Under the pieces are notes generated by a model. That model was given only the letters and a program-made list of their open reading frames with translations. It ran no database searches and was not told the DNA's origin. From an uncultured Rhodospirillaceae bacterium (GTDB lineage: Bacteria > Pseudomonadota > Alphaproteobacteria > Micavibrionales > UBA2020): a stretch of DNA of 64,000 nucleotides. The position numbers were made by a program, and so were the translations under genes. The stretch's first letter is position 1. Each line of letters starts with the position of its first letter. The stretch spans positions 1,108 through 65,107 of the forward strand of contig CAYWIT010000008.1 in NCBI GenBank assembly GCA_964458415.1, written 5' to 3'. Below are positions 38,265-48,393 of this stretch, one piece after another.

Positions 38265-41200
38265 TCAGGCCGCCCATTGATCCAGTTGCAGTTCGTGCTG
38301 TTTGAGATCGACGGAAACCAGCTGCGACACGCCTTTTTCGCTCATCGTCACGCCATAAAGCCTGTCCATGCGGGCCATAGTCATGCGATGGTGCGAAATG
38401 ACGAGGAAGCGGGTCTTGCCGTCCTTGGCAAGGTCTTCCAGCAGGGTGCAGTAGCGGTCAACGTTGCTTTCGTCCAGCGGCGCGTCAACCTCGTCCAAGA
38501 CGCAAATCGGCGCGGGGTTGGTCAGGAACATTGCGAAGATGAGCGCGATGGAGGTAAGCGTCTGTTCGCCACCCGAGAGGAGCGAAAGCACCTGCAATTT
38601 CTTGCCGGGCGGCTGGGCATAAATTTCGAGACCGGATTCCAGCGGGTCATCCGCCTCGACCAGCTTGAGGTGCGCGGTGCCGCCATTAAACAGGCGTGTA
38701 AACAGGGACTGGAAGTGATTGTTGACCGTGTCAAAGGCGTTTAGCAAGCGTTCACGGGCTTCTTTGTTAAGCCGGTTAATGCCTTCGCGCAATTTCTCAA
38801 TGGCTTGGACAAGGTCGTCGCGCTCTGTCTGCATCGTCGTCATCGTGTCCGTGATTTCCTGCGATTCAACCTCGGCGCGCAGGTTGACGGGACCCATGTT
38901 GTCGCGTTCGCGCAGCAGACGTTCCAGACGGCCATGGAGGATGTCGATGGCGTCCAGTTCGGCAACGTTCAGCTCCAGACGGGTGACGAGTTCCTCCGGC
39001 GTGCAGTTGAACTTCTCCTGAATGGAAGCCTCGACGCCGGACTGCGTGTGCTGGGTTGTGTTGACGTTTGCCTGCGCCATGGCGCGGGCTTCGCGGGCAT
39101 CCGAGAGCTTGTTTTCTGCCGCACGGAGTGCGCGCTGCATTTCGTTTGTCGTGTTTTCTGCCGTTGCCAGAATATCCGCTGCGGCACGGCGTTTTTCCTC
39201 GGCCTCAGAGATGTGGGTGAGCAGGCCTTGTTTTTCCTGCTCGATTTCCGCCGGACGTTCGGCCAGACGTTCCAGAACGTCTTTTGCCTGCGTGATACGG
39301 TCTTCCAGTTCGATCAGGCGGAGGGATATGCGCTCCAGACGTGATTCCCAGCCCGCAATATCGCTGCCAATCTGCTGCATGCGGCGGCTGCGGGATTCGC
39401 CTTCACGGCGCACTTCGGCATATTGCGCCTGATATTCGGCGAAGGACTGCCTCTGCAAGCCCAGCTCTTCCTTCATTGTCGCGATCGTCTCGCGCGTTCC
39501 GGCGGTATCGGGTAGGGCAGAAAGCGTTTCACGGGAGGTCCCCAACTGCAGCGCAAGGCTCTCGATTTCCTGCGATGCCGTTTCAATAGAGGAAGCAATG
39601 CCGGAAAGGCGGGCTGTGACTTCGCTGAGCTGGCTGTTCAGGCTGTTGTGGCGGCGGCGAAGCGCATTGAGGGTGTCTTCGGCCTGACGCAGGGCCTGAC
39701 GCGCCGTATTGACGGCATCAACGATCTCGCTGCGCTTCTCCTTGGCGAAGTCCAGCGCGGCTCTTGCCGTATCAAGGCCACCCTGCATAGCGGCGATCTC
39801 TGTTTCCAGTTCCGCCAGGCGGTTTTTTTGCTGCAGACGTACAGCCTCGGCGTTTTCAGCGTCGGGTGTGACGACCAGCCCGTCCCAGCGCCAGGCGCCG
39901 CCGTCCAGCGTGACAAGGCATTGGCCGGGCTGAAGTTCGGACATCAGGCGTTCGGCCTCTTCCGCCGTATCGACAATGCCGATCTGCGACATCACGCGGT
40001 TCAGCGCGTGGGGGCCGTTGACGGATTGCGCCAGTGTGCGGACATTGCCGGGCAGGGCGGGGGCGGCCGCGTAATCCGGCAGATCACGCCAGAAAATCGG
40101 CGCCGCGCCATCAAGAGCGGCTTGCAGGTCATCGCCAAGTGCGACTGCCAGCGCTTTTTCAAGTCCGGCCTCGACATTCAGCAGGTCGATGACGGGCTGA
40201 TAGCCTTCTTGCGGATTGCGCAGGATGCGACGGAGCGCTTCGGCTTCCGCGTTCAGCTGGGAATGGGTTTTTTGCACGTCCTGCAGATGCTCGGTGGTTT
40301 GTTGCAGGCTTGTTTCCGCCGCGGCGCGGTCGGATTCCGCCGCTTCCAGATTCTCGCGGGATTCCTGATATACCGTTTCAGCGGTTTCAATTTGAACGGT
40401 CAGGACATTGAGCTCGGCGCGGGCGGGTGTGTTTTCAACGATTTTTGCGTGTTCGGATTCCAGCGATTGCCTGCGCGATGTCTGGTTTTCAAGACGGCGT
40501 TCCAGATCCTGAATGTGCCGCGTGGCGGCGTTGCGTTCGGCATCCTGACGGGCCACATCCTCGGTCAGCGTAGAAAGCTCGGATTCCGTTTTTTCAACGG
40601 CTTGCCCGGCTTCTTCTGCCAGCAGGCGGAACTCTTCCTCGCGTTCAGATTGCTGTCCGCTTTGTGCTTCCAGCGCGGAGACTTCTGTTTTCAGGCGGGA
40701 AACGGTTTCCTCCGCTTCCTGTTTTTGCACATTTTCATGCGCGACGTCGGCGGTGAATTGCTTGAGCAGGGCTTCGGAATTTTCGCGCTGTTCTTGTACC
40801 TGACGCTCTTCGGACTCAAGGCTGCCATAGGCGAGTTTCAGGCGCTGCAATCCGGCGGCAGCTTCGGCTTCGTTCTGGCGCAGCTCGGGCAATTGCGTGG
40901 CAGACTCTGTTTGTTCCGTTGTCAGGCTGGTCACGGCGATGGTCTGTTCGCGGACGATGCTCTCGGCAGCCTCAAAGGATTCAAGGGCCGCAGCGACGGC
41001 GGTCTGGCTTTCCTGCCAGCGCAGATAAAGCAGGCCCCCTTCGGTCGTCTGGATCTGTCCGCTGATGTTGCGATAGCGCGCTGCCTGACGGGCCTGTTTT
41101 TTAAGGCCTTCCAGCTGGACGTTCATGGCGCCGAGGACGTCTTCGACGCGCAGCAGATTGGTTTCTGCGGCCTTTAGTTTCAGCTCCGCTTCATGGCGGC

Positions 41201-41729
41201 GGGCATGCAGTCCGGAAATGCCGGCGGCTTCTTCCAGCACCATGCGGCGCTGGGTCGGCTTGGCGTTGATCATGTCGGCAATACGGCCTTGGCTGACAAG
41301 AGCGGGAGAATGGGCGCCAATGGATGAATCCGCAAAAAGCAGCTGCACATCGCGCATACGAACGCTTTTGCCGTTGACTTTATAGACCGATCCGACATCC
41401 CGCTCGATCTTGCGGGAAACTACCAGTTCATCGGAATCGTTTATTTCGGCAGGGGCCGTGCGGTCGCTGTTATTCAGCGCCAGAACGACTTCGGCGGTGT
41501 TGCGGGCGGGGCGGTGCTCGGTCCCGTTAAAAATAACATCGTCCATATCGCTGGAGCGCATCCGTTTGGGCGAGTTTTCGCCCATGGCCCAGCGCAGCGC
41601 TTCGACAAGGTTGGATTTTCCGCAGCCGTTGGGGCCGACAATGCCGGTCAGGCCTTGCCCGATATCCAGTTCGGTGTGTTCAACAAATGATTTAAAACCT
41701 GTCAGGCGGAGCTTGGTGAACTGGACCAT
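38265..41729 (-). CDS. smc: chromosome segregation protein SMC
   Basis: 1154 aa. N-terminal Walker A (GPNGCGKSN), long coiled coils, a hinge, a C-terminal signature (LSGGEQTL) and Walker B (VLDEVDAPLD). Confidence 0.95.
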   Translation of the reverse strand: MVQFTKLRLTGFKSFVEHTELDIGQGLTGIVGPNGCGKSNLVEALRWAMGENSPKRMRSSDMDDVIFNGTEHRPARNTAEVVLALNNSDRTAPAEINDSDELVVSRKIERDVGSVYKVNGKSVRMRDVQLLFADSSIGAHSPALVSQGRIADMINAKPTQRRMVLEEAAGISGLHARRHEAELKLKAAETNLLRVEDVLGAMNVQLEGLKKQARQAARYRNISGQIQTTEGGLLYLRWQESQTAVAAALESFEAAESIVREQTIAVTSLTTEQTESATQLPELRQNEAEAAAGLQRLKLAYGSLESEERQVQEQRENSEALLKQFTADVAHENVQKQEAEETVSRLKTEVSALEAQSGQQSEREEEFRLLAEEAGQAVEKTESELSTLTEDVARQDAERNAATRHIQDLERRLENQTSRRQSLESEHAKIVENTPARAELNVLTVQIETAETVYQESRENLEAAESDRAAAETSLQQTTEHLQDVQKTHSQLNAEAEALRRILRNPQEGYQPVIDLLNVEAGLEKALAVALGDDLQAALDGAAPIFWRDLPDYAAAPALPGNVRTLAQSVNGPHALNRVMSQIGIVDTAEEAERLMSELQPGQCLVTLDGGAWRWDGLVVTPDAENAEAVRLQQKNRLAELETEIAAMQGGLDTARAALDFAKEKRSEIVDAVNTARQALRQAEDTLNALRRRHNSLNSQLSEVTARLSGIASSIETASQEIESLALQLGTSRETLSALPDTAGTRETIATMKEELGLQRQSFAEYQAQYAEVRREGESRSRRMQQIGSDIAGWESRLERISLRLIELEDRITQAKDVLERLAERPAEIEQEKQGLLTHISEAEEKRRAAADILATAENTTNEMQRALRAAENKLSDAREARAMAQANVNTTQHTQSGVEASIQEKFNCTPEELVTRLELNVAELDAIDILHGRLERLLRERDNMGPVNLRAEVESQEITDTMTTMQTERDDLVQAIEKLREGINRLNKEARERLLNAFDTVNNHFQSLFTRLFNGGTAHLKLVEADDPLESGLEIYAQPPGKKLQVLSLLSGGEQTLTSIALIFAMFLTNPAPICVLDEVDAPLDESNVDRYCTLLEDLAKDGKTRFLVISHHRMTMARMDRLYGVTMSEKGVSQLVSVDLKQHELQLDQWAA

Positions 41730-41734
41730 ACGGA

Positions 41735-42607
41735 TTACTTCCCTGCGGTGAGCTTGTTGACGGTTTCAACGAATTTGGAAAGATCCTGCGCACCGCTGAA
41801 TTGCTCTGCGCCTTCGTTGAAGATAAAGGTGGGGGTGGATTTGATGTTATATTTGCCTTGCGCGTCCTGCACTTTTGCCAGAAGGGCATGTTCCAGTTCG
41901 GCGCTATTGAGGCAGGCGTTGATATAGTCGCCGTCCATCCCGGCCAGTGTGCCAAGCTGTTCCAGAGCCTTGAGCGGGTCTTCGCTCTTGATCCAGCGCT
42001 CTTGATTTCTGAAAATGACTTCGGTGAGGTCGAAGTATTTGTCATGATCGGCGCAACGGGCCATCATGGCGGCTTTCATGGCAAACTGGTCGAGCGGGAA
42101 ATCACGGAAAATGATTTTTGCTTTACCGGTATCAACCAGTTCTCTTTTTACATCCGCGAGAATGGTATTATGGAAGTGCGCGCAATGCGAACATGTCATC
42201 GAGGCGTATTCGATAATCGTGACGGGTGCATCAACATTTCCAAGGACGCGATCTTCCATGGCTTTTGGGGCGTCAATCTCGAGAGCCGCTGGAGCGGCCA
42301 GCAGTTCATCTGATTTTGGGGCTTCCTCGCTGGCCACAGGTTCATCAGCCGGAGGAGTCGCCGTCGCCTCGGGAGCAGCTTCTTCCATGGCAGCCGGTGC
42401 AGCCGGTGTTTCCTCCGGTGCCTGAACTTCTGTCGTTTCGTCAGGGGCTACCGGGGATTGCGCCTCTGCGGGCTGTTCCATTGTCACGGTATTTTCTACG
42501 GCTTGAGGGGCGGGCTCTATTGCCGGTTTTCCCTTTGCCAAAAAGGCAATAATACCAATAAGCGCCACAAGGGCGACGAGACCAATGGCCAAGCCTTTGT
42601 TTTTCAT
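41735..42607 (-). CDS. DsbA-family thiol:disulfide oxidoreductase, membrane-anchored
   Basis: 290 aa. N-terminal TM segment, Pro/Ala/Glu-rich linker, and a thioredoxin fold with CSHC (EYASMTCSHCAHF). Confidence 0.8.
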   Translation of the reverse strand: MKNKGLAIGLVALVALIGIIAFLAKGKPAIEPAPQAVENTVTMEQPAEAQSPVAPDETTEVQAPEETPAAPAAMEEAAPEATATPPADEPVASEEAPKSDELLAAPAALEIDAPKAMEDRVLGNVDAPVTIIEYASMTCSHCAHFHNTILADVKRELVDTGKAKIIFRDFPLDQFAMKAAMMARCADHDKYFDLTEVIFRNQERWIKSEDPLKALEQLGTLAGMDGDYINACLNSAELEHALLAKVQDAQGKYNIKSTPTFIFNEGAEQFSGAQDLSKFVETVNKLTAGK

Positions 42608-42797
42608 GCTGTCCTTCGCTTTCGAACGTTAGATCGTCTATGTTTAGATTCTGCGGTGATTATATGCCTTTAATCCAAAAGAATGCAATATAACTTAACA
42701 TCTTATGTCGAGCTTTTTTGTCAATTTTTCAATGTTTTGGATGAGGTATCAGGCTTAAAATGTTGTATAAAAAATAAAAAAGGGATATAACCGCGCT

Positions 42798-43616
42798 ATG
42801 AAAATAAAGTTCATCAAAATGCATGGTTTGGGCAATGACTTCGCCATTTTTGACGGGCGCAAGGCGCCTTTGAACATCCCGCTGGAAAAGATTCGCTGCT
42901 GGGGGGACCGCCGCACCGGAATCGGATTTGACCAGATGGCTGTGATCGATTCAGCTAAAATGGCCGGAACAGGCTGTTTTTTCAGGATTTATAACGCTGA
43001 CGGAAGTGAAGTGGGCGCTTGTGGCAATGTAACGCGCTGTATTGCGTGGCTGTTGATGAATGAAATGAAAACGAATTCTGTTGTCATGGAAACCAAAGCC
43101 GGAAGGCTGGAAGCTTTCAAAGCAGACAATGGAGTGCGGGTGGATATGGGGCCGGCCCTTCTTGAATGGAATAAAATACCGTTAAATCAAAATGTAGATA
43201 CGCTTTCTTTAAGTCTTGCTGAAGGGGAATTAAAAAATCCTGTCGCCGTGAGCATGGGGAATCCGCATGCCGTTTTTTTTGTCGAAGACGTTTCAGCGGT
43301 GCCACTGGACATACTGGGGCCAAAAATTGAGCATCATCCATTGTTTCCTGAACGAACGAATGTCGAGGCCGCGCAAGTGCTTTCCCGCCGGAAAATCCGC
43401 ATGCGCGTGTGGGAGCGTGGCGTTGGCATAACACAATCCTGCGGCACTGGCGCCTGTGCCGTGGCGGTGGCCGGAGTACGGCGGGGACTGACGGACAGGA
43501 ATGTGGCCGTCATTCTTGATGGCGGCACACTGGACATTGAGTGGCGGGAGAGCGATAACCATGTCCTGATGACCGGTCCGGTCGCAGAAGTGTATCAGGG
43601 TGAGCTGGAGTTATGA
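42798..43616 (+). CDS. dapF: diaminopimelate epimerase
   Basis: 272 aa. KMHGLGNDF, NADGSEVGACGN and catalytic SCGTGACA motifs. Confidence 0.95.
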   Translation: MKIKFIKMHGLGNDFAIFDGRKAPLNIPLEKIRCWGDRRTGIGFDQMAVIDSAKMAGTGCFFRIYNADGSEVGACGNVTRCIAWLLMNEMKTNSVVMETKAGRLEAFKADNGVRVDMGPALLEWNKIPLNQNVDTLSLSLAEGELKNPVAVSMGNPHAVFFVEDVSAVPLDILGPKIEHHPLFPERTNVEAAQVLSRRKIRMRVWERGVGITQSCGTGACAVAVAGVRRGLTDRNVAVILDGGTLDIEWRESDNHVLMTGPVAEVYQGELEL

Positions 43617-44944
43617 CATTGGATAAGGGCCATACAGAAGAGGTTCTCGACCTCCCCGACGCAGAGACGCAGTTGGCGCAGCAGGCGGCGGCTGGTGAGG
43701 GGCCGCGCGTGGTGACTTTCGGTTGCCGTCTGAATATCTATGAATCCGAGGTTATGAAAGACCATGCCAAAAAGGCAGGGCTGAATGATGCGATTATTAT
43801 CAATACCTGTGCGGTGACGTCCGAGGCTGAACGGCAGGCACGGCAGGCAATCCGTCGGGCGCGGCGTGAAAACCCCGAGGCGAAGATCATCGTCACGGGC
43901 TGCGCGGCGCAGGTGAATCCGCAGGGCTTCGCCAATATGCCGGAAGTCAATCAGGTGATTGGCAATGATCTCAAGCTCAAGGCAGAGACATGGCATTCCC
44001 CTGCGACAGAGCGCGTGATCATTAACGATATCATGTCGGTCAAGGAAACGGCGCGGCATATGATTACCGGGTTTGAAACGCATGCCCGCGCTTTTGTGCA
44101 GGTGCAGAATGGTTGCGATCATCGCTGCACGTTCTGCATTATTCCTTTCGGGCGCGGCAATTCGCGCTCGGTTCCGATGGGCGAGATTGTCGATCAGGTT
44201 CGGGCGCTTACGGCGGCGGGATATGCCGAGATTGTTCTGACCGGTGTGGATATTACTTCTTATGGTGCAGATCTGCCGGGGGCGCCGCAACTGGGGCAGA
44301 TGGTGCGGCGGTTGCTTTCGCTGGTGCCGGATGTCAAACGGCTGCGGCTTTCGTCGCTGGATCCTGTCGAGATTGACGACGACCTTTGGCGTCTGATGGC
44401 GGAGGAAGAGCGCTTTATGCCGCATCTTCATCTTTCCATGCAGGCTGGGGATGATATGGTGCTCAAACGTATGAAGCGCCGCCATTTGCAAAAAGATATC
44501 TATGAGGTGTGTGAAAAGGCGCGTCGCCAGCGTCCGGACATTGTTTTCGGCGCGGATATCATCGCCGGATTTCCGACGGAAACGGAGGCGATGTTTGAAA
44601 ATACGCTCAAGACCGTGCGGGATTGTAATCTGACCTTCCTGCATGTATTCCCCTATTCGCCGCGCCCCGGAACGCCTGCTGCGAAAATGCCGCAGGTTTT
44701 GGGCGATATCCGCAAGGAGCGTGCAAGGGTTTTGCGGGATATGGGCGGGGTACAGCTGGAAAAACATTTATCGGCATTGGTGGGCAAGACGCTCCCTGTT
44801 CTGATCGAAAAGAACAATAAGGGCCGCACGGAATATTTTAGCGAGGTTGTGGTCGATGCGGATATTCCGGCAGGACAGATTGTGGATGTGGAGATGGCTG
44901 TCATAGAAGGAGGGGTGTTGAGGGGGAAATATGTGGTTCTTTAA
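43613..44944 (+). CDS. mtaB: tRNA t6A37 methylthiotransferase MtaB (radical SAM)
   Basis: 443 aa. UPF0004 N-domain (TFGCRLNIYESE), radical-SAM CDHRCTFC and a C-terminal TRAM-like region. Confidence 0.85.
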   Translation: MTLDKGHTEEVLDLPDAETQLAQQAAAGEGPRVVTFGCRLNIYESEVMKDHAKKAGLNDAIIINTCAVTSEAERQARQAIRRARRENPEAKIIVTGCAAQVNPQGFANMPEVNQVIGNDLKLKAETWHSPATERVIINDIMSVKETARHMITGFETHARAFVQVQNGCDHRCTFCIIPFGRGNSRSVPMGEIVDQVRALTAAGYAEIVLTGVDITSYGADLPGAPQLGQMVRRLLSLVPDVKRLRLSSLDPVEIDDDLWRLMAEEERFMPHLHLSMQAGDDMVLKRMKRRHLQKDIYEVCEKARRQRPDIVFGADIIAGFPTETEAMFENTLKTVRDCNLTFLHVFPYSPRPGTPAAKMPQVLGDIRKERARVLRDMGGVQLEKHLSALVGKTLPVLIEKNNKGRTEYFSEVVVDADIPAGQIVDVEMAVIEGGVLRGKYVVL

Positions 44945-45944
44945 AAAGAAAGAAAAGGCGGCCGAGCAGCAGCAGCAGCAGCAGGACCAAGACCAAGACC
45001 AGACGTCGGAAAAAAGCTGGTTTGAAAAGCTGAAGTCGGGGCTTAGTCAGTCCTCCTCGAAAATTACATCCGGCATCACCGATATTTTTACCAAGCGCAA
45101 GCTGGACGCGGAAACATTGTCCGCGCTGGAGGATTTGCTGATCACTGCAGATCTGGGGCCTGCAACGGCAGCAAAACTGTCGGCAGCGATTGGCAAGGGC
45201 CGTTTCGACAAGGAAGTGGCGCCGGAGGAAATTCGTCAGGCGCTGGCCGTGGAAATTGAAAATATTTTAAAGCCCGCTGAAAAACCGCTGGTGATGAGCG
45301 CGGCAAAGCCAATGGTCATCCTTATGGCCGGTGTTAACGGGACGGGCAAGACAACGACTATCGGCAAGCTGGGTCACCAGTTCAAGGCCGAGGGCAAGCG
45401 TGTGATGCTGGCGGCGGGTGATACGTTCCGCGCCGCCGCCGTCAACCAGCTGAAAGTCTGGGGAGAGCGGATCGGCTGTTCCGTTGTGGCCAAAGAAGAG
45501 GGCAGCGATGCGGCTGCGCTCGTCTATGAGGCGATGGACAGAGCCAAAGCGGAGAATGTGGATATTCTGATGATTGATACCGCAGGCCGCCTTCAGAACA
45601 AGGCTAACCTGATGGAGGAGCTGGCCAAGATTGTGCGCGTGATCCAGAAGAAAGACCCTGCCGCGCCGCATGCGGCGTTACTGGTGCTGGATGCGACGAC
45701 GGGGCAGAATGCCCATGCGCAGGTTGATATTTTCCGCCAGATTATTAACATAACCGGACTTATTGTGACAAAACTCGACGGCACCGCCAAAGGCGGGGTC
45801 GTTGTTTCGCTTGTGGAAAGGTTTGGTTTACCAGTTCATGCTATAGGTATAGGAGAGGGTATAGAGGACTTGCGCCCTTTCTCGGCGCGGGACTATGCCG
45901 CAAGTTTAGCAGGACTGGAGAATACCGATTATCAACCGCAATAA
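44931..45944 (+). CDS. ftsY: signal recognition particle receptor FtsY
   Basis: 337 aa. Short Gln/Asp-rich N-terminus followed by the NG domain (GVNGTGKTTTIGKL, DTAGRLQNK, TKLDGTAKGG). Confidence 0.95.
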   Translation: MWFFKKKEKAAEQQQQQQDQDQDQTSEKSWFEKLKSGLSQSSSKITSGITDIFTKRKLDAETLSALEDLLITADLGPATAAKLSAAIGKGRFDKEVAPEEIRQALAVEIENILKPAEKPLVMSAAKPMVILMAGVNGTGKTTTIGKLGHQFKAEGKRVMLAAGDTFRAAAVNQLKVWGERIGCSVVAKEEGSDAAALVYEAMDRAKAENVDILMIDTAGRLQNKANLMEELAKIVRVIQKKDPAAPHAALLVLDATTGQNAHAQVDIFRQIINITGLIVTKLDGTAKGGVVVSLVERFGLPVHAIGIGEGIEDLRPFSARDYAASLAGLENTDYQPQ

Positions 45945-45972
45945 AAGTTTGGCCCCGATCCGCGATGGGTTC

Positions 45973-47460
45973 ATGACGACCAAGGGTTTCAGCGATGCCG
46001 AAGGCGCGCTGAACTGGGTCAAGGAAATCTACAATACCAATACAGCCTATCTGCGTCATTCATTCGAGCAGTATTCGAAAGGAAAAGTCGCGGAAGAGCG
46101 TTTCCGCGCGCATTACCCGTTCGTCGAGATCACGACGACCAAGGGGCCGTCCGTTGATAACCGCTTGTCATACGGTTTTTTGTGGCGTCCGGGGACGTAT
46201 CGGACAACGCTGACACAGCCGGATCTTTATCACAATTATTATATGGACCAGTTCCGGCTGTTGTTAAAAAACCATCCGGAGTCTGTATTGAAAGTCGGGG
46301 TGAGCTATACGCCTATTCCCTTGCACTTTGCGCTGGGGGATAGATTCCATCTGGAAGGCGACCTGACAACGGATCAGATCACGCAACTGCCCCGTTACTT
46401 CGATCAGCCGGATCTGGAGACCATGGATGATACCATTCCCAACGGCACCTATGTGCCGAAAAAGGGGGAGGCTGCACCGCTGGCGCTTTTTACAGCGCCA
46501 CGGGTGGATTTGAGCATACAACGGCTCAAGCATTATACGGGGACCTCGGCAGAGCACTTTCAGAAATATGTCGTGTTCACCAACTATCAGTTTTATGTGG
46601 ATGAATTTATCCATGACTGCCATGAATTCATGGAAAAATCCGACGACCCGCAGACGGCGGAGATGCGCAGCCAGTATGTCTCTTTTGTCGAGCCCGGAAA
46701 CATCGTTACCTGCAACGCGAATATCAAGGGAAATGCCTGTCAGGCGGGGGGACAGAAGCCTCCGCGTCTTCCGCAGATGCCTGCCTATCATCTGAAGCGG
46801 GCCGATGGCACGGGGATCACGCTGATCAATATTGGTGTGGGGCCTTCGAATGCCAAAACGATAACAGACCATGTCGCTGTATTGCGTTCGCATACATGGC
46901 TGATGCTGGGGCATTGTGCGGGGTTGCGCAACTCCCAGAAGCTTGGAGACTATGTTTTGGCGCATGGTTATGTGCGCGATGATAACGTGCTGGATTCAGC
47001 TGTGCCGATCTGGGTGCCGATCCCTGCGCTGTCAGAGGTGCAGATCGCGCTGGAGCGTGCCGTGGCGGAAGTAACGGGCATGAAAGATTACGATCTCAAG
47101 AAAATCATGCGCACTGGCACAGTGGCAACGGTGAGTGACCGAAACTGGGAGCTTTGGGAGCAGAGTGTTCCCGTTCAGCGCCTTTCGCAGTGCCGCGCCG
47201 TGGCGCTGGATATGGAGTCAGCGACGATTGCGACAAACGGGTTCAGGTTTCGCGTTCCCTATGGCACGCTGCTTTGCGTTTCCGACAAACCGTTGCATGG
47301 GCAATTAAAACTTCCCGGCATGGCGGATAAATTTTATCGCGAGCGGGTGGATCAGCATTTGAAAATCGGATTGCTGACGATGGAAAAGATTCGCGCCCTC
47401 GGTCCCGAGCGCCTACATAGCCGCAAGCTCCGCAGTTTTACCGAGGTGGGATTCCTCTAA
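45973..47460 (+). CDS. amn: AMP nucleosidase
   Basis: The start at the ATG at 45973 (MTTKGFSDAEGAL...) aligns best with known Amn N-termini; the track offers TTG at 45949. C-terminal PNP/UDP phosphorylase-like domain (HCAGLRNSQKLGDYVLAH...ALDMES). Confidence 0.85.
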   Translation: MTTKGFSDAEGALNWVKEIYNTNTAYLRHSFEQYSKGKVAEERFRAHYPFVEITTTKGPSVDNRLSYGFLWRPGTYRTTLTQPDLYHNYYMDQFRLLLKNHPESVLKVGVSYTPIPLHFALGDRFHLEGDLTTDQITQLPRYFDQPDLETMDDTIPNGTYVPKKGEAAPLALFTAPRVDLSIQRLKHYTGTSAEHFQKYVVFTNYQFYVDEFIHDCHEFMEKSDDPQTAEMRSQYVSFVEPGNIVTCNANIKGNACQAGGQKPPRLPQMPAYHLKRADGTGITLINIGVGPSNAKTITDHVAVLRSHTWLMLGHCAGLRNSQKLGDYVLAHGYVRDDNVLDSAVPIWVPIPALSEVQIALERAVAEVTGMKDYDLKKIMRTGTVATVSDRNWELWEQSVPVQRLSQCRAVALDMESATIATNGFRFRVPYGTLLCVSDKPLHGQLKLPGMADKFYRERVDQHLKIGLLTMEKIRALGPERLHSRKLRSFTEVGFL

Positions 47461-47499
47461 AAGCTTTTAATTTCAATGCGTTGTAATTTCCTATTTGCC

Positions 47500-47528
47500 T
47501 TGACATATGCTCTTTTTGAACCTATATA
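47500..47528 (+). promoter_or_regulatory. near-consensus sigma-70 promoter (TTGACA-N17-TATATA) for the 47560 gene
   Basis: TTGACA at 47500..47505 and TATATA at 47523..47528. A strong SD sequence (TAGGAGGAATTC) precedes the ATG. A 9-bp inverted repeat (ATATGCTCT 47505..47513 / AGAGCATAT 47538..47546) brackets the core promoter. Confidence 0.45.
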
Positions 47529-47559
47529 TACTCTTGTAGAGCATATATAGGAGGAATTC

Positions 47560-48318
47560 ATGAAGAAGAAGGCTTTGCCAAAAGGCGAGATATTGCAGGG
47601 GCATGTTGTCGAATGGACGTCGCAGGAGGCCATCAGCGCGCCAGGATTTAAAGCGCCTTGGGGTGTTCTTGAGTTTACAGCCGATGAATTTATTGCGCCC
47701 GCAGGACGTTCTCCTGAAGAAAAAGATGGATTTTACCATGTCAGGAAAGGCGACTATCTGCGCATTTTCAATGATGCAGTGCGCGAGGGCGTTCTTTGGG
47801 AGGGGGCCTATGATATATCTGACGCATCATTGGACGGAGTGCAGAAAGGTGAAAACGAGAATTTCTGGAAGAACATTGTCAGCAAAAAAAGACCGGCGCT
47901 GCTTGTACGTACAGGGATAAAGCCTAAAAAGAAACCGAAACCAAAAAAAGAAAAAATAGTGACAAAAAAAGTGAAGATGGATGGTGTTATTTTTAATTTC
48001 AGCGAGCAGGGATCTGAAGGAAACGTCAAATCATTTCAGGATGAAAAGTATATGGGTGCCGATGGAAAAAGCTGGTCCTATGATGGGCTGCATCATTTGG
48101 AGAACGGCGATCTTCTGACGATTTTCAATGACAAGGCCCGCAAGGATGTGCTGTGGCATGGAAGAGTGAAGCTTGTTGGCGAGATGGCGAATTATTGCCG
48201 CGGTACGCAGGAAGGCTTTAGTGAGGAAAGCTGGGAAAATCTGTTCAGACAGGAAAAGCCTGCAACGCTGGTTAAGCGGATGGAGGCAAAAAGAAAGAAA
48301 TCCGGCCCTTGGAAATAG
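47560..48318 (+). CDS. hypothetical protein with an internal domain duplication and a Lys/Pro-rich linker
   Basis: 252 aa. The two halves share GD(Y/L)L(R/T)IFND..R..VLW.G and (E)(N/S)(F/W)(W/E)(K/N)..........KPA.LV. The linker is IKPKKKPKPKKEKIVTKKVK. Confidence 0.6.
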   Translation: MKKKALPKGEILQGHVVEWTSQEAISAPGFKAPWGVLEFTADEFIAPAGRSPEEKDGFYHVRKGDYLRIFNDAVREGVLWEGAYDISDASLDGVQKGENENFWKNIVSKKRPALLVRTGIKPKKKPKPKKEKIVTKKVKMDGVIFNFSEQGSEGNVKSFQDEKYMGADGKSWSYDGLHHLENGDLLTIFNDKARKDVLWHGRVKLVGEMANYCRGTQEGFSEESWENLFRQEKPATLVKRMEAKRKKSGPWK

Positions 48319-48338
48319 CCGGGGGGTGAAAAGAAATA

Positions 48339-48358
48339 GCCCCTGCGTAGGCAGGGGC
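48339..48358 (-). terminator. GC-rich hairpin; probable terminator of the minus-strand 84-aa ORF (possibly bidirectional)
   Basis: GCCCCTGC-gtag-GCAGGGGC. On the minus strand it is followed by TATTTCTTTT. Confidence 0.4.
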
Positions 48359-48393
48359 CATGAGTCAATCATCAGCAAGCAGCTTTGAGAAAA

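Noticed and set aside
44961-45002. (CAG)6 followed by (GACCAA)3 microsatellite-like tract at the 5' end of ftsY.
   Set aside because: It encodes the short Q/D-rich acidic N-terminal region, which is commonly variable in FtsY. It is in frame and unremarkable, beyond possible length polymorphism.
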